Shown: positions 1-9,874, counted from the first letter of the stretch. The stretch is DNA of 64,000 nt from a virus (IMGVR_UViG_2974644787_000001:1-64000); one strand, 5' to 3'. Numbers and translations are program-made. Notes: a model not told the origin generated them from the letters alone.

Positions 1-246
1 GAATTCTCTCTATTAAACAAATCTCTGCAAACAATAATTTTGCATTTATTACAAAATTTAGAATGGCCCAAGTTTCGCAACTAGAACTTTGCCATTCCAT
101 TTGCCCACTTTTAGAAGTAGAATTTACAGATTCTATTTTTTGGTAAAAACTTGAATTCTAGAACCCATCTTATTTACATTTTAGATTTCTCTTTATTATA
201 GAATTTCCTTGTCATCGAAAGGCTCAGATCATTCCATTCGTTGTAG

Positions 247-984
247 ATGAAAATTATTACTGTTGCCTCTTTAAAAGGCGGGATTGGGAAAACCACCACT
301 GCCTTGTATTTAAGTCAGGCCCTTAGAAATCTTGGGAAAAAAGTCCTACTAATTGACCTAGATCAAAACAATAATCTATCTAATTTTATGATCAAGCAGT
401 TCCCAAAAGGGAATGACCTTGATGAAAAAAATATTCTCAACATGCTGAAAGGATATGCGGATATTTCTGAATTTATATGGAAATCTAACGGCGGGATTGA
501 TCTAATTCCGGCAAAAAAAGATATCAAAAACATAGACATCGAATTTGCAACAGACCCTATTCTAGGATTAAGATTCCGAAATGACCTTAAATCTCTAAAC
601 TACGATTTCATTATTATTGATGCGCACCCGGCAACAAACACAGGATTAAGATGTGCAATTCTTGCGTCCGATGAAATAATCTGTCCAGTTGAACCTAGTG
701 TATGGAGCTCGCAGGGAATCGATGATATCGAAATCGAAAGACTGAATGCATCCAAGGCAATAAAAAACGAAATCAGGCTGAGAGCATTAATTTCCAAATG
801 TACTCTAAAAAAGGCAGAAGAATTGACACCGATATTAAAGAAGAAAGGATATCAGGTTTTCCAAACGGCAATTGTAAATTCAGAGTCCATAAAAATCTCA
901 AACGATATTAGCGAGTTTTTGAACGAAAAAACAGGAAAGGCATTTCCAATGTTTATATCTTTAGCTAAGGAAATTTTGAAGTGA
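247..984 (+). CDS. parA: ParA-family partition ATPase
   Basis: Deviant Walker A KGGIGKTT, LLIDLDQ and IIIDAHP motifs; 245 aa. Confidence 0.95.
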   Translation: MKIITVASLKGGIGKTTTALYLSQALRNLGKKVLLIDLDQNNNLSNFMIKQFPKGNDLDEKNILNMLKGYADISEFIWKSNGGIDLIPAKKDIKNIDIEFATDPILGLRFRNDLKSLNYDFIIIDAHPATNTGLRCAILASDEIICPVEPSVWSSQGIDDIEIERLNASKAIKNEIRLRALISKCTLKKAEELTPILKKKGYQVFQTAIVNSESIKISNDISEFLNEKTGKAFPMFISLAKEILK

Positions 985-1541
985 GCAAAAAAGATAAGCG
1001 CCTAAGTGCTTTTGATGAAGTTCGGCCAGGTGGAGAAGAAAGGAGTATTGTCGAAATAGACAAAGATGCTGATCTTGTAAAACTTAGAGATCTCCACCGA
1101 AGCACAATTGGTGCTGCAATGAATACAATTCGGAATGCAATTCTTACCGGAGAAGAATTGGTTCGGATTAAATCAAATCTCGGACATGGAAAATTTCTGC
1201 CTTACATAGAATCAAATAAAGAATTCATTGGCTTCGACAAAAGGATGGCCAGCAATTACATAAGATTTTATGAAAATAGAGAAAATGTAAAGAATGCAAA
1301 ATCAATTCGCGAAGCATTAAAAATGATTGCGGATTTAAACAGAAGTGAAAAGGAAATAAACCCCGTAGACATTAAGAAGGATGAACCAAAGGAGCTTTAT
1401 CAAAGATTTAGAGCTGGGAATTCTCTTAGTTCGAAAGAGAAAAAAATACTCAAAGAATATTTGATAAGCGAAAAAGAGCGAGTTCTGATAGCTGCAAAAA
1501 CTAAGATCTCCCAACTTGAAAAGGATCTCAATCAAATTTGA
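981..1541 (+). CDS. ParA partner, probable centromere-binding protein (DUF3102-like helical region)
   Basis: Overlaps the parA stop (GTGA); the segment GEELVRIKSNLGHGKF...MASNYIRFY resembles DUF3102; no ParB CTPase motif seen. Confidence 0.6.
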   Translation: MSKKDKRLSAFDEVRPGGEERSIVEIDKDADLVKLRDLHRSTIGAAMNTIRNAILTGEELVRIKSNLGHGKFLPYIESNKEFIGFDKRMASNYIRFYENRENVKNAKSIREALKMIADLNRSEKEINPVDIKKDEPKELYQRFRAGNSLSSKEKKILKEYLISEKERVLIAAKTKISQLEKDLNQI

Positions 1542-1915
1542 AAAAGGAAACGCGTTGCCGATTTCAAATTTTTAACTTAGAATTTAATTTTTTTGTTGTA
1601 CTTGTTTTGAATTCTGACTACTTAGTACATGTCTAGCTTCACTAGATAAGAACGATGCGGGAATTCGGAAGCCCGCAAAGTTCAGACTTCTCAAACGCAG
1701 TTCCTGAAAATCATTTCTCCTCCATCTTGATCCATTATGTCTCATTATGTGCTTGACTTATTATGTCTCTTAAATATACCGTGTACCCGTCTTAACGCCT
1801 GAGACTTGCCACTTCCGAAAATTTGGCAATTTAGTGAAGCTGGATCAATCCAATGATCCAAACAAAAAATCAATTTATTACGTGGCCGTAGGCGTGTCCA
1901 CCTAAGAGGATCATT
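1542..1915. other. Probable replication origin and rep control region
   Basis: Non-coding gap directly upstream of rep; ATTATGT repeated at 1734, 1744 and 1760; hairpin GCGGG-N10-CCCGC; AT-rich 5' part. Confidence 0.55.
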
Positions 1916-2458
1916 ATGAGAACAGGATTATGGATACCTGTTGAGATCGAAGTATTGCCTTTGAATCTTACAGAAAAAGTATTACTAGCAGAAATTGTTT
2001 CTCTCGATAGGGCAGGGGAGTGCTTCGCATCAAACGAACATTTTTCCAAACTTCTTGGAGTAAGATCGGACTCTGTTTCACGGATTATTTCTAAACTTAA
2101 AAAAGTGGGGTTGGTAAAACAAACTGGATTCGATGGAAGACGAAGGAAACTAATTCCAATTTTAGAATCAAAATCTCAAATAAAACAAGAACCGATTTTG
2201 TCACCAGAACCAAAGCAGGCAGTTCCTAAAACCAAAAGCAGAATAGGGATGAGTGCCGAAGCAGCCTTTGCAATTTCCAACGTTCCTCTTAAGAGAGTAC
2301 AATTACAAAATAATGTACAAAAGAGTTGGGACGAATTTTTGAATTGGAGTAGGGGAAGAGTTGCACCTACAACATGGGACCTGATTTCAAAAGTATCACG
2401 ACCGGAAGACTTGAAAGGGAGCGCATCCTTAATGTGGAAAAATTGGGCTATACTATGA
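1916..2458 (+). CDS. rep: Plasmid/phage replication initiator with N-terminal winged HTH
   Basis: LTEKVLLAEIVSL...CFASNEHFSKLLGVRSDSVSRIISKLKKVGLV is an HTH typical of phage initiators; follows the parA operon; good SD (AGAGGA). Confidence 0.75.
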   Translation: MRTGLWIPVEIEVLPLNLTEKVLLAEIVSLDRAGECFASNEHFSKLLGVRSDSVSRIISKLKKVGLVKQTGFDGRRRKLIPILESKSQIKQEPILSPEPKQAVPKTKSRIGMSAEAAFAISNVPLKRVQLQNNVQKSWDEFLNWSRGRVAPTTWDLISKVSRPEDLKGSASLMWKNWAIL

Positions 2459-2682
2459 TTGAACTTTTCCCACAATCAGACAATGACCAATTCATTTTCA
2501 CTGAAGAGGCTGAATTGTATTTTAAAGATTCATCTAAAATACCTTTTTGTCAAATTTGCAAAAGCAATGTTGCATACCACGAATGGGAAAAGGATAGAGT
2601 AGAATTTGCCTGTCATGGGAATATTTTGCGATTCTACTTTCAGGAAGGGGTTTTAGCAAGAGTAGAGGAACTCAATGATTAG
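2455..2682 (+). CDS. Small Cys/His protein, possible Zn ribbon
   Basis: ATGA overlap with the rep stop; FCQIC and FACHG motifs; start moved from 2374 to 2455. Confidence 0.5.
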   Translation: MIELFPQSDNDQFIFTEEAELYFKDSSKIPFCQICKSNVAYHEWEKDRVEFACHGNILRFYFQEGVLARVEELND

Positions 2683-2756
2683 TAGAAATCTGTAACCAAA
2701 AGGCATGGTATAGGGACTCAATCTAGAAACGATTGAAATGTCGCAATGAAAACTGC

Positions 2757-2790
2757 TTGATTATCCAATCACAGGCCATACTTGTCTTCA
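2757..2790 (+). promoter_or_regulatory. Late-type promoter copy 1: TTGATT-N17-ACTTGT, ATG at 2791
   Basis: Same hexamers and 17-bp spacing as nine other sites; 5-nt gap to ATG. Confidence 0.55.
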
Positions 2791-3639
2791 ATGGAAAAGA
2801 TTTTATATTCCGAAATAAAACTAATAAAACTCGATGACCTGGCTATCCACAAAGACAACTTTTTTCGTGATGTGGATCGCGAATCCCAAAAAGAATTCGA
2901 TGCGGATGTAGCAGCTCAAGGCGTGCAGGATCCGATAGTTTTAACAAAAGAAAAAAACGCCAATGGCCAATATGAAATTCTGAATGGCGCCAGAAGATTC
3001 CGCGCTTCCAAAAAAGCAGGTTTTAAGACAATCCCTGCAAAACATGTTTTATCTGAATTAACTGATATCGTTCGAGCCCGTGTAATGGTGGCCCAAAATG
3101 GTTTCGCAAAAGACTACACACCTGAAAATAGAAAACGCGTAATACTCATTTGGTTTGGAAAAGATGAAGTTCTTCAAGATGATAGGGGAGGTTCATACGG
3201 GAACAAATTCTCTTCCCGAAAGGAATTCAAAACACCTATACGCCGTAAAATAATGGATATGTTCGGCTGGCCACTTGGAACAGTTAACCGGGACCTAAAA
3301 GAACTTCGTGATGAACTCAAAAAGGATATGAAGAAGCCTCCGAAGGAATTACCCGAACTCAAAGATGGTGAGATCCGTTATTTCAATAATCGGATTTTAG
3401 ATTGGTGGGAAGCAGAAAAGCAAAAGATGAAGGTAAAAGCCGACTTAAGAAAAGAAATTGATTCTTATAAAGAGAGATTGAACAAAATTTCCAAAAAGCA
3501 ATCGGAACATAAAAAGGACTTTGGAAAGGTCGGTGGTTTTGATCACTACGTGAAATACGCGTTACAAAAGGATCCTGATATCAAGAAATTGAAAGATCTG
3601 AAGAAATTTATAGAAGAAAAGGAGATACCAAAAGGATGA
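2791..3639 (+). CDS. ParB/Srx N-terminal domain protein
   Basis: GVQDPIVL...YEILNGARRFRA is a ParB-N motif; basic, coiled-coil C-terminus. Confidence 0.8.
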   Translation: MEKILYSEIKLIKLDDLAIHKDNFFRDVDRESQKEFDADVAAQGVQDPIVLTKEKNANGQYEILNGARRFRASKKAGFKTIPAKHVLSELTDIVRARVMVAQNGFAKDYTPENRKRVILIWFGKDEVLQDDRGGSYGNKFSSRKEFKTPIRRKIMDMFGWPLGTVNRDLKELRDELKKDMKKPPKELPELKDGEIRYFNNRILDWWEAEKQKMKVKADLRKEIDSYKERLNKISKKQSEHKKDFGKVGGFDHYVKYALQKDPDIKKLKDLKKFIEEKEIPKG

Positions 3640-4196
3640 AACTCTATGAGTATTTTTTGCAACACGAGTTTCTTAAAAGATATAAAAGCTTTTTTGATGG
3701 TAAAATAAAACCTTATCAAAGCCAATTCAAAGGACTTTCTATAGAATTAGAGGAAGATTTGATAAGAGCATACTTTCTTAATCAAGAATCAATTATCTTA
3801 GAAGAAAATGAAGTAAGTAATGAGATTGTCTCCCTAGTGATATTTGTTTTAGATGATAAAATTTACCAAGCAGAAGGTTTTAAAGATCTTTTTGCCGAAG
3901 GTACTGGTTGGCGTCCGACTGGAATAGACAGCTTATTTTATAGAACAGATCCACCTAGACCTGAAAACCAAAATCGAAGAGAAATCTGTTTGGCTTATAA
4001 GAAAAATTTGAGATCCACTCCTCAATGGACCTGGTACGATGATGGTAAGCGAAAGGATAAATGGAAATTTACTAAAGAACCAAATAATACAATAAAATCA
4101 TTTGCAGCTAGTTTTTTTAACAAACCTATAAGCTTTTTAGAGATTCACCATGGCTTCGTTGATGCTCAAACAGGGAAACAAAAGTTATTTGGATAA
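3636..4196 (+). CDS. Hypothetical protein
   Basis: 186-aa ORF with ATGA coupling to the upstream gene. Confidence 0.6.
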   Translation: MKLYEYFLQHEFLKRYKSFFDGKIKPYQSQFKGLSIELEEDLIRAYFLNQESIILEENEVSNEIVSLVIFVLDDKIYQAEGFKDLFAEGTGWRPTGIDSLFYRTDPPRPENQNRREICLAYKKNLRSTPQWTWYDDGKRKDKWKFTKEPNNTIKSFAASFFNKPISFLEIHHGFVDAQTGKQKLFG

Positions 4197-4221
4197 GACT
4201 CCGGATAACTGAAAGCAAAAG

Positions 4222-5028
4222 TCATAGAAATCTAGCTATATTTGGGAACTGAGCAGCAACATTCATTGTAAGTAAAATGGCTGATCTATTTAAACAAACA
4301 AAAGTTTCATCGTTGCAAAAAGATTTTATAAAAGGCGAATAACTTGATGAAAATGCACGATGATTGGAATCAGGTATTGGAATTCCGCTCTCGGTCTTAA
4401 ATTGTAAAAGATCCCAGTAAATTAAATATTCTAGACAATTAAAAAACTTTAGTATGTGTTTTTTGGGTAAATTTAATCCTTCTTTCTTTAATGAGTCAGG
4501 TGTATTTAAAACCTTTACAGTATTCCCTACGGTTATTTGACAAAAAGCATCTAATAGTTCTGCACCAGTCTTATTTGAAAAACCGGGATGTTTTAACTCG
4601 CCTTCAATTTGAGAATACATTTGCATGTATTGAAGTAAATACTCTTCATTTTTTTGCCTAATAGAACTCTCTAGTTGATTGTATGCTATTTGAGTTTGCT
4701 TACCTGCTTCAGCGTTCGCTGTTTCTAATTCTTTACGATTAAGTCTTAACTCCTCCCTGTTTAAACCTAACTCTTCTCGCTGTAAATGAAGAGTGTACAA
4801 AATTGCAAGGAAAGTTAAAAAAGAAAAAATACTGCTTAAAGTCCCGCCTACAAAATCTCCGAACTGAGCCCAAAGTTCATTATCATCTGTTAAAAATGGG
4901 AAATTGTGCTTATAATATCCAAAAACAAATCCTATAATCGCAAAGCCAGATAAAGCCATTAGGATCAAAAATATTTTGAACCAATCTATCTTAGAAATGA
5001 AGTTAAGCAATTTATCCACTTTTCCCAT
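4222..5028 (-). CDS. Membrane protein resembling the putative phage abortive-infection family
   Basis: Two TM helices with WAQFGDFVGGTL followed by LQREEL..NREEL coiled coil, the usual N-terminus of this family. Confidence 0.65.
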   Translation of the reverse strand: MGKVDKLLNFISKIDWFKIFLILMALSGFAIIGFVFGYYKHNFPFLTDDNELWAQFGDFVGGTLSSIFSFLTFLAILYTLHLQREELGLNREELRLNRKELETANAEAGKQTQIAYNQLESSIRQKNEEYLLQYMQMYSQIEGELKHPGFSNKTGAELLDAFCQITVGNTVKVLNTPDSLKKEGLNLPKKHILKFFNCLEYLIYWDLLQFKTESGIPIPDSNHRAFSSSYSPFIKSFCNDETFVCLNRSAILLTMNVAAQFPNIARFL

Positions 5029-5170
5029 CCTTTTTTCGTTTTCTAATCGCTATCTGCAATTGGTATTCTTTTAACAATCGGATCATATATTTCTGCTGAG
5101 ATAACTCTCCGCGATCACTTTCAAGTAATTCATAAGATTCTTCATCTAAATCAATTGTAATCCGCGGCAT
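5012..5170 (-). CDS. Ribbon-helix-helix (CopG/Arc-like) regulator
   Basis: 52 aa, MPRITIDLDEESYELLE...LSQQKYMIRLLKEY; overlaps the Abi-like gene start; start moved from 5311. Confidence 0.65.
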   Translation of the reverse strand: MPRITIDLDEESYELLESDRGELSQQKYMIRLLKEYQLQIAIRKRKKDGKSG

Positions 5171-5179
5171 AAAGAGATA

Positions 5180-5198
5180 TTGCAGTAATTTACTGCAA
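5180..5198. promoter_or_regulatory. Palindromic operator TTGCAGTAA-T-TTACTGCAA, with a degenerate second copy at ~5226-5241
   Basis: Perfect 9-bp inverted repeat between the divergent RHH and terS genes. Confidence 0.7.
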
Positions 5199-5217
5199 AA
5201 GGTCAATGCGTTTTTCG

Positions 5218-5255
5218 TTGACAGACAGTATTTTACTGCAATTTGTCCCTTCCCG
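5218..5255 (+). promoter_or_regulatory. Late-type promoter copy 2: TTGACA-N17-ATTTGT-CCCTTCCCG-ATG (terS)
   Basis: Matches the conserved motif; no SD before the ATG. Confidence 0.75.
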
Positions 5256-5897
5256 ATGGCTCCAAAGAAGAAATCAAACAAGAAAATAGCACCTAACGGG
5301 CGTGCTAACAAGGGGAAATCGAATCGTAAGGGAAAAAATACAAACCCGACAAATCCTGAAAACCCGACCGAAAACGAATCACTAAGTCGGGAACCTCACG
5401 AGATTATTTCCGAGAGTAGGGGAGGGGAGGAATTCCGACCTATCCCAGAAAATAGATCTGTGGTTGTATATCGTGAGTTTCCAAACGTATCACCATTTCA
5501 GGAAGCGGGACTTGTTTTGTATCGATCAGGAGAATATCGAACTAACATCGGTCCAAGGATTGGAAGAGGAAGAGACTGGTTCGCATATCAATATAAATAC
5601 CATGAAGAGTTTCGAAAATATGCCGACCAAATCGAATTGGAGTTGTTAGCTGAGATTCGGGAAAATGCCGTTCCCGTGGCTGTGGGAATGTTTCGGATAC
5701 TTGAACAGATTGCGAATGGACAGTATGATTTTGAAGACAGGATCCAGGCAGGGAAATTAGCCTTTGCTTATTTAGAGAAGACTGGCCGTCTTCCAAAGTC
5801 CGATGACAAAGAGGAAGAAGACAAAAAGATAGAACAAGCAGTTCAGGCACTTTCAACTGCGCTTGCGGAAAAGTTTGGGAATGACCTTGCGATATGA
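5256..5897 (+). CDS. terS: Probable terminase small subunit
   Basis: Directly upstream of and overlapping terL; basic N-terminus, helical core. Confidence 0.65.
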   Translation: MAPKKKSNKKIAPNGRANKGKSNRKGKNTNPTNPENPTENESLSREPHEIISESRGGEEFRPIPENRSVVVYREFPNVSPFQEAGLVLYRSGEYRTNIGPRIGRGRDWFAYQYKYHEEFRKYADQIELELLAEIRENAVPVAVGMFRILEQIANGQYDFEDRIQAGKLAFAYLEKTGRLPKSDDKEEEDKKIEQAVQALSTALAEKFGNDLAI

Positions 5898-7585
5898 TCG
5901 AAATCGAGGAATTGCGTAAGGAGTTAAAGAGGTATCCGGCAAAAGTCGCGGAAATCTATCTAAAGAGATTTTTAGAAAAACGGAAAGCGCAAACTGGTGA
6001 GGGAAACCCAATTACCCTACGCCGAGTCAAGGCAATTGAAAAGTTTAGAGTTTTCATCGATACATATTTCTCGCATTATTTTTCAACCGAATTTGGAGAA
6101 CAACAATTAGAGCTGATCGAAGACATCCAATCCTTCGCAGGAAAGAAGGGTAGGGCTCCGATGAAAATTATTCGTGCGCTTTCCAGAGGATTTGGAAAAT
6201 CAACCATACTATCGTTATGTGGTGTAATGTGGCTCATACTTAGACGCGATTGGCATTTTGTCATAATGGTTTCAGCTTCACTCTCACAAGCAAAAGGTTT
6301 CCTCCAGAAGATTGTAGATGAGTGTGAGGACAACGAACTCCTGGTTTCTGACTTTCCAGAACTCCGACCAGCAAAAGACCAAAAAGGTCAAAATGTTGCA
6401 TGGAACGATTTGGACATCGTTTTCCGTGGTGGTGCCAGAATCATAGCAAAGGGATTCCTAAATGCGATTCGAGGAACTAGGTATAGGCAGTATCGTCCCG
6501 ATGCTCTCATTGTCGATGACCCCGATGAAGAGAAGGATGTCGAGTCAGACTCTAGGATGCAAAAGAAGTATCGGTGGTTCGACCGTGCAGCTTTGAAACT
6601 TGGGAACCAATGGGGCATCGATGTGATTTTGTCCTACACTACTCTTTCACCAAACTGCATAGGCGAAGTAATCTATAACGATACGAAAAAGTATTGGGAT
6701 TGGAACAGGAAAAAGTTTTCTGCAATCGGAGTTCGTCCGGATGGAAGCGAGTATTCTACTTGGGAAGCTGGCGCACCTTTATCGATGCTGATAAAGGAAA
6801 GGGAAGTAGACCCTATTTCTTTTGCGAGGGAAAAACAAAACGTAATTCTCGCAGAGATCGATCAGAAATTCAAAAGCAGAATCCAGCGATATACTTTTGT
6901 TCGTCCTGATTCATGGGAAGGATGGACCTTGGCAGTGGCCGTCGACTTATCGTTAGGTAAAACACAAAGGTCGGATTTCTCAGCGATCGTAGGAACAGGT
7001 CTTTCCCCTCAAGGAAAATTCTATGAAATCTATTCAGACATCGCGAGAAGGCCTCCAGATCAGATTCAAATTGACTTCGTAAAGGCTCTGAGAGCGTTTC
7101 CATGGGCTGTTGGGGGTATCGAGACTAGCGGAGGCCAAGAATACTTTCTGGATGCATTTAAGGGCCATTTAGAGGACTGGAACGAGCTCTGTGTGAATCC
7201 AGAAAACGGCCAAGGACTTACATGGAAAGATCAGATAACAATTCCAATAGTTGGGATCCCAAATAATGGAGATAAGATAAAGCGAATCGAAGGTGCTCTC
7301 CAAACAAAAATAGCAACGGGCCTTTTCTTACTTAGAGATGATTCTGATTTACTCTATGAGCAGTTAAACGAATTCCCATACAAGAAAATCGATGGACCCG
7401 ATGCTTTGGAAATGTCGCACCGATTGATCGTGGAACAAATGGGGAATATGATAAGTATAGTGACTCCTGAACAATTGGCGAAGGCAAGAGAACGGGAAGC
7501 AGGATTAAATCAGGATTCTCAAGTTACAATCGGAAAATCTATTCAGCAATTAAGGCGAGAGCAATTGAGAAGACGTGGGTATTAA
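5894..7585 (+). CDS. terL: Terminase large subunit
   Basis: Walker A SRGFGKST, Walker B LIVDDPD, RNase H-like AVDLS...DGPDALE. Confidence 0.95.
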   Translation: MIEIEELRKELKRYPAKVAEIYLKRFLEKRKAQTGEGNPITLRRVKAIEKFRVFIDTYFSHYFSTEFGEQQLELIEDIQSFAGKKGRAPMKIIRALSRGFGKSTILSLCGVMWLILRRDWHFVIMVSASLSQAKGFLQKIVDECEDNELLVSDFPELRPAKDQKGQNVAWNDLDIVFRGGARIIAKGFLNAIRGTRYRQYRPDALIVDDPDEEKDVESDSRMQKKYRWFDRAALKLGNQWGIDVILSYTTLSPNCIGEVIYNDTKKYWDWNRKKFSAIGVRPDGSEYSTWEAGAPLSMLIKEREVDPISFAREKQNVILAEIDQKFKSRIQRYTFVRPDSWEGWTLAVAVDLSLGKTQRSDFSAIVGTGLSPQGKFYEIYSDIARRPPDQIQIDFVKALRAFPWAVGGIETSGGQEYFLDAFKGHLEDWNELCVNPENGQGLTWKDQITIPIVGIPNNGDKIKRIEGALQTKIATGLFLLRDDSDLLYEQLNEFPYKKIDGPDALEMSHRLIVEQMGNMISIVTPEQLAKAREREAGLNQDSQVTIGKSIQQLRREQLRRRGY

Positions 7586-7608
7586 ATTGGGCTTTTATTC
7601 TTGTATTT

Positions 7609-7627
7609 GAAAAAGGTAACCTTTTTC
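7609..7627. repeat. Perfect inverted repeat GAAAAAGGT-A-ACCTTTTTC
   Basis: Read directly, just after the terL stop. Confidence 0.8.
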
Positions 7628-7843
7628 GTTTACGCTAGTGTTCTATGAAAAGGTACTTAAAGAGGTTCTTAATATGGTTCGTAAAAAAGGCCGTATTTTC
7701 ATTTACAGAGATTTAAAAACCCCTACTTTTTTCAATGACTGTAAATGGTTTTAGGTGTTAGGTGACTGGGTTGTAAATGAAATTCACCCACTTTTCCGTT
7801 TACTGCTTTTTGTATCCTAAAAAAGACCGGAATTTGATGTACA

Positions 7844-7872
7844 GACCATAGCGAACTTTTTCCGCTATGGTC
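7844..7872. repeat. Hairpin element GACCATAGCG-N9-CGCTATGGTC, copy 1
   Basis: Perfect 10-bp stem; 30 bp identical to 28527-28556. Confidence 0.9.
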
Positions 7873-8166
7873 GGAATTTGCTTCAAAATGTGCCTTTCTA
7901 TACAATGAGACATAATTCTAATGCGACATATTGTGTATTATCGGAAGTGCCATATTGCATCACGTAAGAATCTACTTTAGATTTTCAATATAAGTCGAAC
8001 TGAAAACAGAAGTACATAGACTGAATTAGATCACAATATCAGTTTTCCTTTACACTTGAAAATACGCAAAATTATCAATATAACAACTTTTGAATTCGGG
8101 TTTTCAAATCGTTTTCAAACGAATTTAAAAACTCCTAAAAACCCCTTCTCCGGTATTAAAAAACGA

Positions 8167-8203
8167 TTGCATTGATTGAGAACTAAAATCCTTGTCGCTT
8201 CCT
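8167..8203 (+). promoter_or_regulatory. Late-type promoter copy 3: TTGCAT-N17-CCTTGT-CGCTTCCT-ATG (portal)
   Basis: Conserved motif and spacing. Confidence 0.75.
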
Positions 8204-9874
8204 ATGCCACGTCCCAGAGGGAAGAACTACGATAAGAATCTTTTTTATAGAACTCCACCTGAGTTGAGGGAAAAAGTTGTTACTGGTAAAGCCAAGCCGG
8301 TAGATGAGCATACATCTTCGGATCCTCGGACTATGACCGTTGAGGAATTCCGTAAATCTACATTTTATTCCCATACAAGATCAACAGTTAAGCAAGCCAT
8401 CGATTTAAATAATCGAATGTTTAACTTGCTTGAAACAGCAAAGGATAAGAAGAATCCAATTTATTCCGATGACATGGTTGTTCCTGTACAACAAGGTGTG
8501 CGTGTTCGACCAATTTACAGAATCCCACTTGAGGATTTACGAAATATTTCTTATGCCTCCTCTCTCATTGGGGCCATTCACCAAATCATGGCCGATGACG
8601 TTTCAATGTACGCCAAGATCGGCGAAGACCCTGGGTTTGAATATAAGCTGAAACAAAAGGATATTTCCGCTTCGGATATGCAGCGGAAGGAAATGGCCGA
8701 ATTCGCAAATCGAGTTTTCCTAATGGGGGACAAATCGCAAGCAGATTGGCGAGAACGTGAACGACTCGGGGAAGTCCTTGAAATGGCAACTAGGGACACT
8801 CTTGCAATTGATGCAGTGGCATATTTGAGAACTTATAATAGAGCAGGTGAAATTTGTGACGTTCGTTATCTGGATCCCGCGACTATTTTCCGTGTAGATC
8901 CAAGGATAGGATACAAAGGTGATAAGAATATCACTCACGTTCAAATGGTGCATAACACGGTTACTGAGACGTATGAAGCAGGACGTATTGTTTATCGTCA
9001 CAAGAATAACCTTTCAGATATTCGGATGCGCGGATTTGGTTATTCGCCTATCGAATCTTGTTTGGTTGAGATCATGTCCCTACTCTTTACCATAAAACAT
9101 AATGCGGACAGATTCAATTCTAGGAATCCACCGAAAGCAATTATATCTTCCAAGAATGCAATTCCAAAATCTGATCAAGAGCGAATAGAACTCATTTGGG
9201 AAAACGCATTCTTTGGGCCGAGAGAAGGATTTAAAATCCCAATGATGTTTGGTGCAGGCGAGATCCAGGTCCACAACTTAGATGTATCGGATGATTTTGA
9301 ATTCGATAAAATGCTCCAAATGGTTTCCTCATTTATTATTGCAAGGCATGGAATTGATCCTGCGCAACTTGGACTTAGACTGAATCAATCCCAATCACTT
9401 GCAGAACCTTCTATGGATGGAAGACAGCATTTTTCTCGGGATCGAGCGCATGGTTCAATTATGAGCTTCCATCAAGATTGTCTTAATGAAGTTTTCGACC
9501 CGAGTGACGAAAGTCCAATCGCTTTGAGTTTCATTGGAGTGAAAACAGAGCAAGAGGATAAAAAAGCAGACCTTGAGGATAAACAATTCAAAGTTAGTCG
9601 GTCACTTGACGAGATACGCAAAGCAAATGATTTACCTACGATGAAAGAGGAAGCGGAAGATTATGTGGCTCGCGGAATTATAACGAAAGAACAGGGTAAG
9701 AAAATGGCCCGTCTCGGTCTCTTACGTGGAAATCAATTTTTCAGCCAAGAGTTTGGAAAAATTTTCTCAGATGAGGGACAAGCTCAAGGTGGTGAGGAGG
9801 AGCAATCTCCTATTGCAAGCGAGAGTCATGGAGAATTGCCGTGGGGTGAGGAAGATTTTCTACCTAGTACGTAG
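8204..9874 (+). CDS. Portal protein
   Basis: Follows terL; YLDPATIFR, RGFGYSPIE and RHGIDPAQLG motifs of phage portals; acidic tail. Confidence 0.9.
   Translation: MPRPRGKNYDKNLFYRTPPELREKVVTGKAKPVDEHTSSDPRTMTVEEFRKSTFYSHTRSTVKQAIDLNNRMFNLLETAKDKKNPIYSDDMVVPVQQGVRVRPIYRIPLEDLRNISYASSLIGAIHQIMADDVSMYAKIGEDPGFEYKLKQKDISASDMQRKEMAEFANRVFLMGDKSQADWRERERLGEVLEMATRDTLAIDAVAYLRTYNRAGEICDVRYLDPATIFRVDPRIGYKGDKNITHVQMVHNTVTETYEAGRIVYRHKNNLSDIRMRGFGYSPIESCLVEIMSLLFTIKHNADRFNSRNPPKAIISSKNAIPKSDQERIELIWENAFFGPREGFKIPMMFGAGEIQVHNLDVSDDFEFDKMLQMVSSFIIARHGIDPAQLGLRLNQSQSLAEPSMDGRQHFSRDRAHGSIMSFHQDCLNEVFDPSDESPIALSFIGVKTEQEDKKADLEDKQFKVSRSLDEIRKANDLPTMKEEAEDYVARGIITKEQGKKMARLGLLRGNQFFSQEFGKIFSDEGQAQGGEEEQSPIASESHGELPWGEEDFLPST

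Noticed and set aside
184-212. CCTTGT upstream of parA as another late promoter
   Set aside because: No TTG hexamer 17 nt upstream and no pyrimidine tract plus ATG after it
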